This document shows positions 1-10,300 of a stretch of DNA of 64,000 bases, piece by piece (within the stretch, counting starts at the first letter, position 1; every line of letters begins with the position of its first letter). Location of the stretch: assembly GCA_965197905.1 (NCBI GenBank), contig CBDAOB010000004.1, positions 352,001 to 416,000 of the forward strand, in the 5' to 3' direction. The notes under the pieces are model-generated. The model was not told where the DNA came from. It made no database searches and saw only the letters and a list, made by a program, of their open reading frames with translations. The stretch comes from Candidatus Latescibacterota bacterium (GTDB taxonomy: Bacteria > Latescibacterota > UBA2968 > UBA8231). Made by a program: the position numbers and the translations under genes.

Positions 1-281
1 TCGACGCCGCAGCGCTCTTCGTTGCCAAGGACTCCGAACGGGTGTGTACCGAGTTTGATCTGAATCCGTTGGGGATCATTTCGTCCGGCGCGTTGTTGAT
101 CGGCTGTGAACCCGGCTCCGCCATTCCGATTCTCGGGGCGTTGAAGGAGGCCGGGATCAGGGCCGATCGAATTGGAGTCGTTCGCGAGAGGGAGTTCGGC
201 GTCATGTTGAGGCGAGCTGGCGAACTGGAAGAGCTGCCGGTTTTCGCTGTGGACGAAATTACGCGTCTGTTCGCGGATTGA
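1..281 (+). CDS. AIR synthase/HypE-like family protein, C-terminal part (5' end outside window)
   Basis: Frame open from position 3; C-terminus 'LNPLGIISSGALLI...GI.A.RIGVV...DEITRLF' is typical of the AIRS_C/HypE-like family. Confidence 0.7.
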   Translation, partial: DAAALFVAKDSERVCTEFDLNPLGIISSGALLIGCEPGSAIPILGALKEAGIRADRIGVVREREFGVMLRRAGELEELPVFAVDEITRLFAD

Positions 282-282
282 T

Positions 283-846
283 ATGACCGAAGGCGTACTG
301 TTTGACATGGACGGCACCATAACACGCCCCCACATCGATTTCAAAACCCTGCGTGCAGAGATCGGCGTGCCCGAGGGGACTCCCATAATGGACCATGTGG
401 AAAGGCTTGCGCCCGAGAAACGCAACCGCGCCAACGCCGCCATTGAGAGGGTCGAGCTGGAAGCCGCGGAGGCATCGATTCTCAATCCGGGAGCGGAACA
501 GCTCCTGGAAGGCTTGGGCCAGATTCCACTGAAACTCGGATTGATAACCAACAGCAATCGCAAAGCGATGCATTTCATCGTTGAAAAATTCGCCTTGAGG
601 TTCGATCTGCTTTTAAGTCGCGAGGACGCGGCGCTGAAGCCGGCGCCTGATCTGCTTTTCCTGGCATTGGAAAAACTCGGCCTGAGTCCACAAGCAACCG
701 TTTTTGTTGGGGACGGTCACTACGATCGCAGCGCCAGTGCGGCGGCGGGAATTCGGTACATCCATCTAGAGCACGGACACACTCAGGTTGTGTCTGAATC
801 CACTGTTTTTACCCTGCGCGAGGTATGGAATTACCTGGAGCTGTGA
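283..846 (+). CDS. HAD-superfamily hydrolase (phosphatase)
   Basis: Motifs FDMDGT, LITNS, KP.P and FVGD..YD. Confidence 0.9.
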   Translation: MTEGVLFDMDGTITRPHIDFKTLRAEIGVPEGTPIMDHVERLAPEKRNRANAAIERVELEAAEASILNPGAEQLLEGLGQIPLKLGLITNSNRKAMHFIVEKFALRFDLLLSREDAALKPAPDLLFLALEKLGLSPQATVFVGDGHYDRSASAAAGIRYIHLEHGHTQVVSESTVFTLREVWNYLEL

Positions 847-914
847 AATTCGCATAGATTCCCTTGCACCGTGCCGCAAACTACTATTTTCAGTTGATTT
901 GCGCACAATCCAAC

Positions 915-944
915 TTGACACGAAAAGTCGCACATCTCTACTTT
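915..944 (+). promoter_or_regulatory. Putative sigma70 promoter of the Fe-ADH gene
   Basis: TTGACA (915-920), 18 bp, TACTTT (939-944), about 60 bp before the ATG. Confidence 0.45.
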
Positions 945-1005
945 CCGGTGCACTGTTCAACAACTGGACGAGACACTCACACACTGCCACCTTCGACGAT
1001 AGAGA

Positions 1006-2157
1006 ATGCCACTCGAAACGAGCTTTGACTGGCGCGCGCCGACCCACCTGGTCTACGGACCGGGTTCGGTGGAGCGGCTACCCGACCTGATTCCGAATAA
1101 ACGTTGCCTGGTGGTAACCGATGCCGGTCTCAATGCTGCCGGTATCGTCGACCACGTCTGCGGTCATCTCAAGCGGGGCAAGATCGAGTACGTGATCTAC
1201 GACCAGGTCTTGGGCAACCCTCCGGCGCGTTGCGTGCGTGCGGGACACGACCTCTACGCCGCGGAAAAATGCGACGGACTCATCGGGCTTGGTGGCGGAA
1301 GTTCCATGGATGTGGCGAAGATGATCGGGGTGGTAGCCGGCAACGGGGGCCGCGTTGAATCCTACGTGGTCCCCGCCAAAGTAGAGAAGCCGCTGCCCCA
1401 TCTGGTTTGCGTACCTACCACGTATGGCACCGGCAGCGAGGTCACCCCGTTCGCGGTCGTCTCCAACCTCCGAACAAAAAGAAAAGATGCGGTCGTCAGC
1501 GGCAAGATCGTTCCACCGGTTGGCATCCTGGACGCGGAGCTGTCGGTAGCCTTGCCCTCCGACGTGGGTGGTCCGACCGGCATGGACGCGCTGACACACG
1601 CCCTCGAGTCTTACATCAACTTGATGGCGACTCCGCTTACAGAGGCTATGGCCCTTGGGGCGATCGAGCTGATTGGGGAGAATCTGCGTCTGGCATGCGC
1701 CAATGACCACGAGCTGGAAGCGACCCAGAACATGCTCAACGCCAGCACAATGGCCGCCTTCGCGTTCTCGCAAACGCGGCTCGGCATTGTTCATGCCATG
1801 TCCCACCCCGTGGGCGGCCACTTCAATGTCCATCACGGCATGGCCAACGCCATCCTGCTACCTGTGGTGTGCGAGTATAATCTGACTGCGAGGCTTGGGA
1901 AGTTCGCCCAGATTGCCGACGCCCTCGGAGCCGACACCGACGGTCTGACCGATTACGAAGCTGCCAACGCGGCCGTCGATGCCATCCTCGACTTGAATCG
2001 CGACCTCGCTATTCCCGACCGACTCTCCCAGGTGGGCGTGAAATCGACGGCCATCACATCTATGGCGAAAGACACCATGCGGAGCGCCAACATCGCGGTC
2101 AACCCGCGAAAGATCGACGAAGCAGGCATCCGACAGCTCTACAAAAACGCCCTCTAG
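1006..2157 (+). CDS. Iron-containing alcohol dehydrogenase
   Basis: GLGGGSSMD, VPTTYGTGSEVT, GMDALTHALE and HAMSH...HHG motifs. Confidence 0.95.
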   Translation: MPLETSFDWRAPTHLVYGPGSVERLPDLIPNKRCLVVTDAGLNAAGIVDHVCGHLKRGKIEYVIYDQVLGNPPARCVRAGHDLYAAEKCDGLIGLGGGSSMDVAKMIGVVAGNGGRVESYVVPAKVEKPLPHLVCVPTTYGTGSEVTPFAVVSNLRTKRKDAVVSGKIVPPVGILDAELSVALPSDVGGPTGMDALTHALESYINLMATPLTEAMALGAIELIGENLRLACANDHELEATQNMLNASTMAAFAFSQTRLGIVHAMSHPVGGHFNVHHGMANAILLPVVCEYNLTARLGKFAQIADALGADTDGLTDYEAANAAVDAILDLNRDLAIPDRLSQVGVKSTAITSMAKDTMRSANIAVNPRKIDEAGIRQLYKNAL

Positions 2158-2318
2158 CAGCCCGTGGTGAAAGGCCCTTGGATGGCGAGGCCGTGCAATT
2201 ACAGACGAGATCAAGGCGTGCGAGTGAGACGCATCTGAGAGCTGCGGCGATCGAGCGCAACGCAAGAGATCGGCTGCAATAGCCGGCCGCAGCCCCAATG
2301 GATTTTTGCCACGGGCTG
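2158..2318 (+). mobile_element. 161-bp MITE-like hairpin element, copy A
   Basis: TIR CAGCCCGTGG (2158-2167)/CCACGGGCTG (2309-2318), directly after CTAG (ADH stop); 52-nt core CAAGGCG...CAACGC at 2212-2263. Confidence 0.75.
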
Positions 2319-2351
2319 ATTGTCCCTTTCCACATCCTCTAGCTGAAGCGC

Positions 2352-3047
2352 GTGCGCAAAAAGGACTTAAAAGCGACGCTCGACCGACATCGCCAATGGC
2401 TCGAGTCGGACGGAGCAGAAGGAAGGCGACTCGACCTTCAGGGTGCCCATCTCTCTCGAAGTGATTTCAGCGGCGTCGATTTCCGCCAGGCAGATCTGCG
2501 ATGGGCAGATCTTCGGCGCGCCAACCTTGAGGATGCCCAGCTGCGGTCTGCCAATCTTCATGGCGCCAATCTGCGGAAAGCGAATCTGCGGGGGGCCGAC
2601 CTCGGCGGCGCCGATCTCAGCATGGTAGAGGCGTGCAGGGCGAACCTGAACAGCGCGGATTTGAGTGGTGCCATCGGGAAGGGAGCCGACTTCAATCAGG
2701 CTGAGCTTCGGGAAGCGAACCTTTCAATGGGGACGTTCAGCGGTGCCGGGTTCGCCGATGCCGATATGAGCGGAGCCAACTTCAGCGACGCGAATCTCAG
2801 AGGTGCCGATTTCTACGAATCCCTCCTGATCGGAGTGAATTTCGAGGGCACCAGCCTGGAAGCCGCCAACCTGATTGCCGCAAAGGAGTTGATGGTCAGC
2901 CAGCTGACGGGCGCGAAGACCCTGTTCAGGGCCCAGCTGGAGTCCGACCTGCGCACCGCGGTGATGATCGAGCACCTCGAGCTGTTCGAGGATCCTCCGG
3001 ACGGGAGATCGCCCCTGGACTCGGACCCAGCCACTTCCGATCATTAG
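2352..3047 (+). CDS. Pentapeptide repeat protein
   Basis: N-terminal 'LDRHRQWLESDG.EG.R.DL' followed by many A(D/N)Lxx repeats. Confidence 0.95.
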   Translation: MRKKDLKATLDRHRQWLESDGAEGRRLDLQGAHLSRSDFSGVDFRQADLRWADLRRANLEDAQLRSANLHGANLRKANLRGADLGGADLSMVEACRANLNSADLSGAIGKGADFNQAELREANLSMGTFSGAGFADADMSGANFSDANLRGADFYESLLIGVNFEGTSLEAANLIAAKELMVSQLTGAKTLFRAQLESDLRTAVMIEHLELFEDPPDGRSPLDSDPATSDH

Positions 3048-3075
3048 GCCTGACTTTTATACAGGAGAAACGTCC

Positions 3076-4332
3076 ATGTCATACCCGAAAATGATCCGCG
3101 TCCGGCAACAGTTCGAGGCGCCAGATGTCGACGACATCCCGGCAACGGTGCACGCCGAAATCAGAGGTCTGAATCTATCCGGAAGGGTGACTCCCGGGCA
3201 GTCGGTGGCGGTGACCGTGGGGAGCAGGGGTGTCGCTAATATCGCCTTGATCACCAAGACGATTGTGGAGGCATTGAAAGAGCTCCAGCTCGAACCCTTT
3301 CTCGTTCCGGCCATGGGAAGTCACGGTGCCGGCATCGCCGAGAATCAACGCAAGATCATCGAGGAGTACGGGGTAACGGAGGAGTACGCGGGCGCCCCCA
3401 TTCGCGCCTCGATGGAAACGGTGCAAGTGGGGACGATAGAAGATGGAGTCCCGGTCTACTTCGACAAACATGCCTACGAGGCCGATCATGTGGTCGTTGT
3501 CGGTCGCGTAAAGCCCCACACGACATTTGTCGGCGAGATCGAGAGCGGACTGCACAAGATGATGTTGATCGGTCTCGGCAAACGTAAAGGGGCGGAGCTT
3601 TACCACCGGGCGATCGTACAGTACAGCTTCGATCGCATCGTGCGCGCGGTAGCCCAGACGGTCATCGAGCAATGCGGCGTCCTGTTCGGGCTCGGCATCG
3701 TGGAAAACCAGCATGACCGCACCGCGCTTGTGCGCGCCGTCGCTCCGGAAAACTTCGCCGAAGGCGAGAAGGAACTCCTGATCCTCGCCAAGAAATGGAT
3801 GCCGCGCCTGCCGTGCGACCGGGCGGACTTGCTGATCGTTGACGAAATGGGCAAGAATATCAGCGGCTCCGGGATGGACAGCAACGTGATCGGCCGCAAG
3901 TTTCTCGACCACCGCGCCGCCGAGAAGGAATTCCCCAAGATCACCCGGATCTACGTCCGCGATCTCACCGAGGAAACCCACGGCAACGCCGCGGGACTCG
4001 GGATGGCGGAGTTTACCCACAAAAAATTGGTAGACAAGCTGGACCTCGAGATGACCTACATCAACGTGCTCACCGGCGGTCACCCCCCGTCGGGAGCGAT
4101 ACCGATCTATCTAGATTCCGACCGGAAGATCCTGGATGTGGCGTTGAAATCGGTCGGTCTGGTCGCACCCAAGGACGCCAAGGTCGTGCGCATTAAAAAC
4201 ACCCTGGAGGTCGTCGAGGTCCTCGTTTCCGAGGTATACGGACCGGAGGTGAACAAACGCGACGATCTGACCGCCCTCGGTGGACCATCGGAGATGGAAT
4301 TCGACGCCAACGGCGATCTTCTGCCTTTCTGA
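3076..4332 (+). CDS. Lactate racemase (LarA)-like / DUF362 domain protein, possible nickel-pincer isomerase
   Basis: VGSRGVANI, PAMGSHG, RVKPHT.F.G.IESGL.KM..IGLGK and GKNISGSGMD.NVIGR motifs; RBS AGGAG. Confidence 0.8.
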   Translation: MSYPKMIRVRQQFEAPDVDDIPATVHAEIRGLNLSGRVTPGQSVAVTVGSRGVANIALITKTIVEALKELQLEPFLVPAMGSHGAGIAENQRKIIEEYGVTEEYAGAPIRASMETVQVGTIEDGVPVYFDKHAYEADHVVVVGRVKPHTTFVGEIESGLHKMMLIGLGKRKGAELYHRAIVQYSFDRIVRAVAQTVIEQCGVLFGLGIVENQHDRTALVRAVAPENFAEGEKELLILAKKWMPRLPCDRADLLIVDEMGKNISGSGMDSNVIGRKFLDHRAAEKEFPKITRIYVRDLTEETHGNAAGLGMAEFTHKKLVDKLDLEMTYINVLTGGHPPSGAIPIYLDSDRKILDVALKSVGLVAPKDAKVVRIKNTLEVVEVLVSEVYGPEVNKRDDLTALGGPSEMEFDANGDLLPF

Positions 4333-4409
4333 TAACGGGCGGCCCTCCAGGTTCCTCCATCACGGCTGCGCCTGGGCGCTGACAGCCGGCCACTTCTGAG
4401 TCTATTCCG

Positions 4410-4982
4410 TTGAGCTTCCAAGAGGCGTTCGCCTCCTTTCCCGAGCTCGAATCGGAGCGCCTGGTGTTGCGCTGGGTCGAAGCTGCGGACGCTCCAACCC
4501 TATTCACTCACTTTGCGACCTTACGTGCAGACCGATTCTGGGATATAGAGCATCGATCGGTGGAAGATGCCCGTCAGCACATCGATCTGATTCACACCTG
4601 GTACGAAGAGCAGCGCCTCTTGTGGTGGGCGGTTACCCTCAAAGGCGAGTCGGAGGTATTCGGGTCGTGTTCCCTCTACGATTTTGAGCGCGAGTCCCGC
4701 GCCGAGATCGGTTACTGGTTGTCGCGACACAAACAGGGAATGGGAATCGCGACCGAAGCAGTAGAGCGGGTTGTCCGCTTCGGATTCGACCACTTGGACC
4801 TGCACCGGATCCAGGCCAGCTGCCATCCACAGAACCACGCAGCGGTGGCGGTGGTACGACGTGCCGGCTTTCGAGAAGAAGGGCTGTTGCGAGAGTACGA
4901 ACCGGGTCGTACCGGCTGGCGCGATTGCCTGATGTTTTCGTTGCTCAAGGGGGAAGCGCGCGCCGCAGCTGTCGATTCTTGA
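4410..4982 (+). CDS. GNAT N-acetyltransferase, RimJ/RimL family
   Basis: LESERLVLR, AEIGYWL...QGMGIATEA, LDLHRIQA...N.A...GFREEGLLRE. Confidence 0.9.
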   Translation: MSFQEAFASFPELESERLVLRWVEAADAPTLFTHFATLRADRFWDIEHRSVEDARQHIDLIHTWYEEQRLLWWAVTLKGESEVFGSCSLYDFERESRAEIGYWLSRHKQGMGIATEAVERVVRFGFDHLDLHRIQASCHPQNHAAVAVVRRAGFREEGLLREYEPGRTGWRDCLMFSLLKGEARAAAVDS

Positions 4983-5052
4983 TAGGCATTCGTGGTCCAG
5001 CTATATTCTCCCGCCCATCGCCCCTGTTTCCGTTTTCCAGAGAAAGGTACCC

Positions 5053-6129
5053 ATGAGCAGTAATGTTCCCGTCCGCGTCGGTCAGATCGGTTGTGGTCAT
5101 TGGGCGAGTTCATCCTGGCTGCCCTACATCGGCAGCTGTCCCGACGCCGAAATCGTCGCGCTCTGCGATCTCGATCTAGGTCGCGCGCGTCAGCTACGCG
5201 AGGAATTTTTTGGTGACATTCCGGAGGATTCGCGGCCGCGCCTCTACGACGATTATCACAAAATGATTGCCGACGGTTCACTGGACATGGTAATTGCCGG
5301 CACGCTCGCCGGAGCGCGTCCCCCCATGACCATTACTGCGCTGGAGGCCGGGCTCCCGGTACTGGCCGCGAAACCGATGGCACCGAACCTCACCGACGCC
5401 GAAGCCATGTTGGAGGCGGCCGAGAAATCAGGATCGTTGCTCATGGTGGGATACAACTACCGCTTCCGCGACGATGCCCGCGTTGTGCACAAATTCATCA
5501 AGGACGGCGGTATCGGTAAACCGTTGTTTGCCCGAGCCTGGGCACACTCACCAGGCATTCCCAGCTACGCCCCCCATTACAAACGCTCGGTCTCGGGAGG
5601 CGGGGCTCTGGCCAGCACCGGCGTCCATCCCTTGGATCTGGCGGTCTGGTTTCTGGGATGTCCCAAGCTGGTGTCGGTGGACGGCGTGTCGAGCGCCCAT
5701 TTCGAGGAGTTCGATTCCCTCCCGGAGGACCTTGAGCATATTCGCGGCGAATGCGACATCGACCTGTTGGTCTCGGGCTTAGCCCGTTTCGATGACGGCA
5801 CGACCCTCGCGACCGAGAGTATCTGGATGTCCGCCACCAACGGGACAGGGGTGGAGGTGTGGGGCACCCGCGGCCGGGCATCCATGGTGCCGTTAGAGCT
5901 TCACAGCTGGGAAGCCGGCGCTTTCGTGGACAAAACAGAGGAGGTCGCCCCCGGGCTCGCTGCTTCGTTCAAGGACACGAAGGTGCGCATGGAGAGGGAG
6001 GTTCACCACTTCGTCGACTGCGTGCTCGGGCGCTGTAAGCCCCTCGTCACGCCCGTTGAGATGTGGACGGACCAGGCGATCATGGATGCGTTATACACCG
6101 GGGGCCGGTCGTTTGCCGACGAGGGCTAG
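5053..6129 (+). CDS. Gfo/Idh/MocA family oxidoreductase
   Basis: IGCG Rossmann start, KPMA, VGYNYRF and GGGAL...GVHPLD motifs. Confidence 0.9.
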   Translation: MSSNVPVRVGQIGCGHWASSSWLPYIGSCPDAEIVALCDLDLGRARQLREEFFGDIPEDSRPRLYDDYHKMIADGSLDMVIAGTLAGARPPMTITALEAGLPVLAAKPMAPNLTDAEAMLEAAEKSGSLLMVGYNYRFRDDARVVHKFIKDGGIGKPLFARAWAHSPGIPSYAPHYKRSVSGGGALASTGVHPLDLAVWFLGCPKLVSVDGVSSAHFEEFDSLPEDLEHIRGECDIDLLVSGLARFDDGTTLATESIWMSATNGTGVEVWGTRGRASMVPLELHSWEAGAFVDKTEEVAPGLAASFKDTKVRMEREVHHFVDCVLGRCKPLVTPVEMWTDQAIMDALYTGGRSFADEG

Positions 6130-6291
6130 GAGCGTGTCCGAGAATCCCAATTGAGCTAAAGGTGCGTCATTGCTGCCGCTATCCGCGTTGCGCTACTCTC
6201 TCTGAATTCCCCAATTCAGATCGCTCCCACGCCTTGCCATCGACAACCATGACGCCCAAGCGCCTGTCAAAGCGAATACCCGGACACGCTC
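6130..6291 (-). mobile_element. 162-bp MITE-like hairpin element, copy B (core on minus strand)
   Basis: TIR GAGCGTGTCCG (6130-6140)/CGGACACGCTC (6281-6291), flanked by CTAG/CCAG; core GCGTTG...CGCCTTG at 6185-6236. Confidence 0.75.
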
Positions 6292-6307
6292 CCAGTCTGG
6301 CGAGCGA

Positions 6308-7224
6308 TTGAAGCAGCACGTCCCCACCGGCCGCCGCGCACTTGGCATCGGGCTGGCGTTGGTGACCGCCTTCGGGTGGGGCACGCTCCCGATTGCCCTC
6401 AAGGGTCTGCTCACTGTCGCCGATCCGTTTACCATTACCTGGTTTCGTTTTATCATCTCCGCCCTCCTGCTGGGATGTTTGCGTCCCGCGATTTCCACGC
6501 CGCGACGCGGCTCCGGGGAAAATCGCTGCTGGTCATGGCCGTTGCCGCCGTCGGCCTGGGCAGCAGCTACATCACCTACATCCTCTCTCTCAAGTTTCTT
6601 TCTCCCAGCACCACCCAGATCGTCATTCAACTGTCTCCCGCGTGTGTGCTGTTCGGCAGCCTGCTGCTCTTCAAAGAGCCGTTCGGCGCCAGACGCTGGA
6701 CCGGGTTCTTGATCCTGGCGATAGGATTGGCTCTGTTCTTCAATCAGCGATTCGACGAACTCCTCGGAGGGGTAAACGATCTCGCGACAGGCATCCTTCT
6801 TCTGGCGGGCGCCGCGCTGGGATTCGCCGCCTTCGCCCTGTGCCAGAAACTCCTGCTCAGCGCCGTCTCTTCAACCGCGATCATGTTTCCGCTGTTCTTG
6901 GCCGGATCCCTTTTCTTCGTTCCAGTGTCTCAACCCATGGATCTCCTTCGGCTTCAAGGGACCGACCTTGCCATACTCGTGGCTTGTGCCGTGAGCACCT
7001 TGATCTCGTTTATGGCTTACTCTACGTCGATGCGACATCTGGAGACATCGCGGGTCAGCGTGGTCACGGCGACGGCACCCCTGTTCACCATATCGGCGAT
7101 GTTGATCCTGGCTCCGCTGGCGCCGGACCGATTCCAGGCGGAGTCTCTCAACACAGCTAGTCTCGTCGGAGCCGCGATGGTCGTCGTCGGCTCCATGCTC
7201 AGCTCCATCGGCTCGTCGCGATAA
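6308..7224 (+). CDS. DMT/EamA family transporter (YhbE-like), single frameshift at about 6472
   Basis: ORF 6308 gives 'GLALVTAFGWGTLPIALK...TITWFRF'; the EamA sequence continues in the 6376-7224 frame; one extra G in the GGG at 6472-6474 joins them. Confidence 0.8.
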
Positions 7225-7234
7225 CGCGGGATCC

Positions 7235-8497
7235 GTGAAAGTCACCATTTCAGCCATTTTGAGTGCCCTCGTACTACTCGTGGCAGCGCTGGCAATCTAC
7301 GACTACGTTGCCGGAGAGCGAAACAAGAATGCGGCTCTAGTCGCAGCGGTAAAGCAGAACGAGCTCGCCGACACTCAAACCCTCCTCAGAGACGGTGCGA
7401 GTCCGAACACGGTTGACGAGAATGGCGTTTCGCTGTTGAACCTCGCGGTTGCCAAACGCAATCTGACCGTAGTCGAGACCCTGCTGGAAGGCGGTGCCGA
7501 TCCGAACAGAAGTGGCCGCTCGGGCAGCACTGCACTGCGCGCAGCCCTCGAACAGAACGCGCCCGATATCGTCGCCACCCTGCTGGAGCACACGGCCGAC
7601 CCCCATGCAGAGTACGAGGGCGGCAGGACCGCCCTCCACCTGGCGGCTGACTGGGGTTATGAGAAGATTGTGCGCCACCTGTTGGCCGCCGGCGCCCAGC
7701 CGAATGTTCGTTCCGGAGGTGGGGATACCCCGCTCATGGCCGCGGCGATTCGGAATCATCCGGAAGTCGTGAAAGTCCTTTTGGAGAAGGGTGCTGATCC
7801 CAATCTCGCCATGGCCGACGGAGCGACAGCGCTCATGGCCGCAGCGGACCGCGGGTTTTCCGAGGTAGCAGTTGTCTTGCTCCGCGGCGGCGCCGACCCC
7901 AATGCTTTCTTCGCCGACAGCACGACGGCGTTGGCCTGGTCTGCGGACAGGGGCAATAAAACCATCGCCCGGGCGCTGTTGGATGCCGGCGCCGATACCG
8001 AGGCGCGGTCGCGGGACAGCGCCACTAGCCTCATTATCGCCGCCAGCCGCGGTCACCTGGAAATCCTGCGACTATTGCTGGCGGCGCGTGCAAATCCGAA
8101 CAACCCGATGGACGGACAGTTCACCGCACTGATGGCGGCAGCCCGGGCGGGGCACATGGGAGCGGTGAGGATGTTGCTCGATGCCGGCGCCGATCTTCAC
8201 GCTAGGGATGAGGAGTCTATGACGGCATTCATGTTGGCGGCGGTCCGCGGCCAGACCGAGACTGTCGGATTCTTTCTGCACCGAGGTCTGGATCCAGACG
8301 TCAAGAACAGATACGATGAACGCCCTCTCATGCTAGCTGCCGGTGAGGGACACGCGGGGATCGTTCGCTTGCTGGTGGAAGCGGGTGCCGACTTGAACGT
8401 CGTCGATTCGAGCGGTGCCACCGCGCTGGACGCCGCCATGGAGAATGACCACGACGAAGTGGTGCACTTGTTGTTGAAGATGGGTGCCCGCCCTTAG
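7235..8497 (+). CDS. Ankyrin repeat protein with N-terminal membrane anchor
   Basis: Hydrophobic N-terminus, then about 11 G.TAL..AA..G...V..LL..GADPN repeats. Confidence 0.9.
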   Translation: MKVTISAILSALVLLVAALAIYDYVAGERNKNAALVAAVKQNELADTQTLLRDGASPNTVDENGVSLLNLAVAKRNLTVVETLLEGGADPNRSGRSGSTALRAALEQNAPDIVATLLEHTADPHAEYEGGRTALHLAADWGYEKIVRHLLAAGAQPNVRSGGGDTPLMAAAIRNHPEVVKVLLEKGADPNLAMADGATALMAAADRGFSEVAVVLLRGGADPNAFFADSTTALAWSADRGNKTIARALLDAGADTEARSRDSATSLIIAASRGHLEILRLLLAARANPNNPMDGQFTALMAAARAGHMGAVRMLLDAGADLHARDEESMTAFMLAAVRGQTETVGFFLHRGLDPDVKNRYDERPLMLAAGEGHAGIVRLLVEAGADLNVVDSSGATALDAAMENDHDEVVHLLLKMGARP

Positions 8498-8589
8498 CTA
8501 CTCACGGGATTCGTTGCCAACTATGCCGTAATTGATAGATTGCTTGCGAAGAAGCCCAGGACCGGAAAGAGTGCGACAGGAGCTTGTGC

Positions 8590-9402
8590 ATGGCCATCAC
8601 CCCATTCTTCGCGATCGCTCTAACCACCCTTGCGCTGCTGCTGAACGGGTGCGCAGGCCTGTATGCAGATCGTTCCGGCGTCCGGTCGCGTCACAACATT
8701 TCCGGATTCGTCCACCTGACGCTGATTTACGGCAGGGATTTCAGACCCGCTGCTCCACGAAGCATCATTGAACTTGCTGAGGCGATCAATAGATTTACGA
8801 ATGTCCGCGCCGAGATCGACGGACACCTCTTTCTGGATTCCGACGACCTGCATTCCTACCCATTCATCTACATCGGCGTCGACCGCGCCTTCACTCCGAC
8901 TCGAGAAGAACTAGCCAATCTGAAGTATTACTTATGGAACGGAGGATTTCTTTTTCTCGAAAACATCCAGTCTAACCGGGAGTACAGCCAGGCAGAGGCC
9001 TCACTGCGAGACATGATGAAGAAAACCCTGGGCAGCAAGGCGCGTTTTCGGATCCTGTCCAACAAGCATGGAATCTATCACAGTTTCTTCGATTTTGACG
9101 ACGGTCCCCCGCATTCGGCACCGAATTTGGATCCCTCGGCAGTCGTGGTTTCCATTCTGCCGCCTCTGGAGTTCGGACCGGAGCCGTTGGGGCGCGATGA
9201 GGTCCCCTTTTTCGAAGGCATATTCCTCAACGGCCGGCTCGCCGCTGTCTTCTCCAACAAGGCGCTCGGCCGGGCATGGGAGCGGGAGTTTCGCAATGAA
9301 CCCCATTTGAAGATGGGCGTAAACCTGGTGTTGTTCGCCTTGACTCAGCCGGGAGCCATGGCCCAGAGGAACGCCGAGATCTACCGGGAAGCCAACCCTT
9401 GA
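8590..9402 (+). CDS. DUF4159 domain lipoprotein
   Basis: Lipobox LLNGC; 'YPFIYI...E..NLK.YL.NGGFLF' and 'KMGVNLVLFALTQ'. Confidence 0.8.
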   Translation: MAITPFFAIALTTLALLLNGCAGLYADRSGVRSRHNISGFVHLTLIYGRDFRPAAPRSIIELAEAINRFTNVRAEIDGHLFLDSDDLHSYPFIYIGVDRAFTPTREELANLKYYLWNGGFLFLENIQSNREYSQAEASLRDMMKKTLGSKARFRILSNKHGIYHSFFDFDDGPPHSAPNLDPSAVVVSILPPLEFGPEPLGRDEVPFFEGIFLNGRLAAVFSNKALGRAWEREFRNEPHLKMGVNLVLFALTQPGAMAQRNAEIYREANP

Positions 9403-10295
9403 TACAATCCCGCAGTGCAGTTTGGTTAGCCTCCAGATCGTGTCTCCTTTTCGTTCCGCTATGCTGCAGCCCCAAGACGACGGCGCTGACGGAGGTCGAC
9501 CCGCTGGTCGCCAGAGTCGATCTCACCATAGAAAACCCTGCGGGGGATCGGCACGAAATGCTGCTGATCCCCGCAGGCGAATTCGACATGGGTACCTACA
9601 ACGGGGACATTAACGAAGCCCCGAAACATGCGGTATTTCTGGATTCGTTCTACGTCGACAAATACGAGGTCAACAACGAGAAGTTTCTCAGCTTCCTGAC
9701 CGCATTGGGAAAACACAAAGATGAAAAAGGGAACGACCTGGTGGACATTCGCGATATCCAGTCTCCGTTCCGGTATGCAAACTATCGCTTTGAGCTCAAG
9801 TCGTCTCGACGGCGGCTCGACCTGGAGTTTCATCCAGTCACCGAGGTGACCTGGCGCGGCGCCGATGCGTACTGCCGTTGGGCGGGGTTTCGCCTTCCTA
9901 CCGAGGCCGAGTGGGAGAAGGCGGCGCGCGGTTTGGATGGGCGCGTCTATCCGTGGGGCAAGGTCTTCAGCAGCAAGAAGGCCAACAGCATGCAAGGCGC
10001 TCGAGTTCACATAGCCACCGCGCGGGTCGGTCATTATCCCGGCGGCATTTCGCCGTTTGGCGTGCACGACATGTCCGGCAACGTCCAGGAATGGGTCGCG
10101 GACCGCTACTCCAAGACCTACTACGAGCTGGAAGAGGGTGTCAATCCGAAGGGCCCGTCCTCGGGGCTTGGGCGCGTACTCCGTGGCGGCTCCTGGCGGG
10201 ACAACATCAAGTTCGTCACCACCACTGCCAGGACCGGCGCGGGCCCCAACACCTCCTCTGACCACATCGGATTCCGGTGCGCCAGATCTCTGTGA
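9399..10295 (+). CDS. Formylglycine-generating enzyme family protein (SUMF1/EgtB/PvdO)
   Basis: IPAGEFDMG, FRLPTEAEWEKAARG, DMSGNVQEWV, RVLRGGSW and IGFRCA. Confidence 0.92.
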   Translation: MIQSRSAVWLASRSCLLFVPLCCSPKTTALTEVDPLVARVDLTIENPAGDRHEMLLIPAGEFDMGTYNGDINEAPKHAVFLDSFYVDKYEVNNEKFLSFLTALGKHKDEKGNDLVDIRDIQSPFRYANYRFELKSSRRRLDLEFHPVTEVTWRGADAYCRWAGFRLPTEAEWEKAARGLDGRVYPWGKVFSSKKANSMQGARVHIATARVGHYPGGISPFGVHDMSGNVQEWVADRYSKTYYELEEGVNPKGPSSGLGRVLRGGSWRDNIKFVTTTARTGAGPNTSSDHIGFRCARSL

Positions 10296-10300
10296 CCCGA

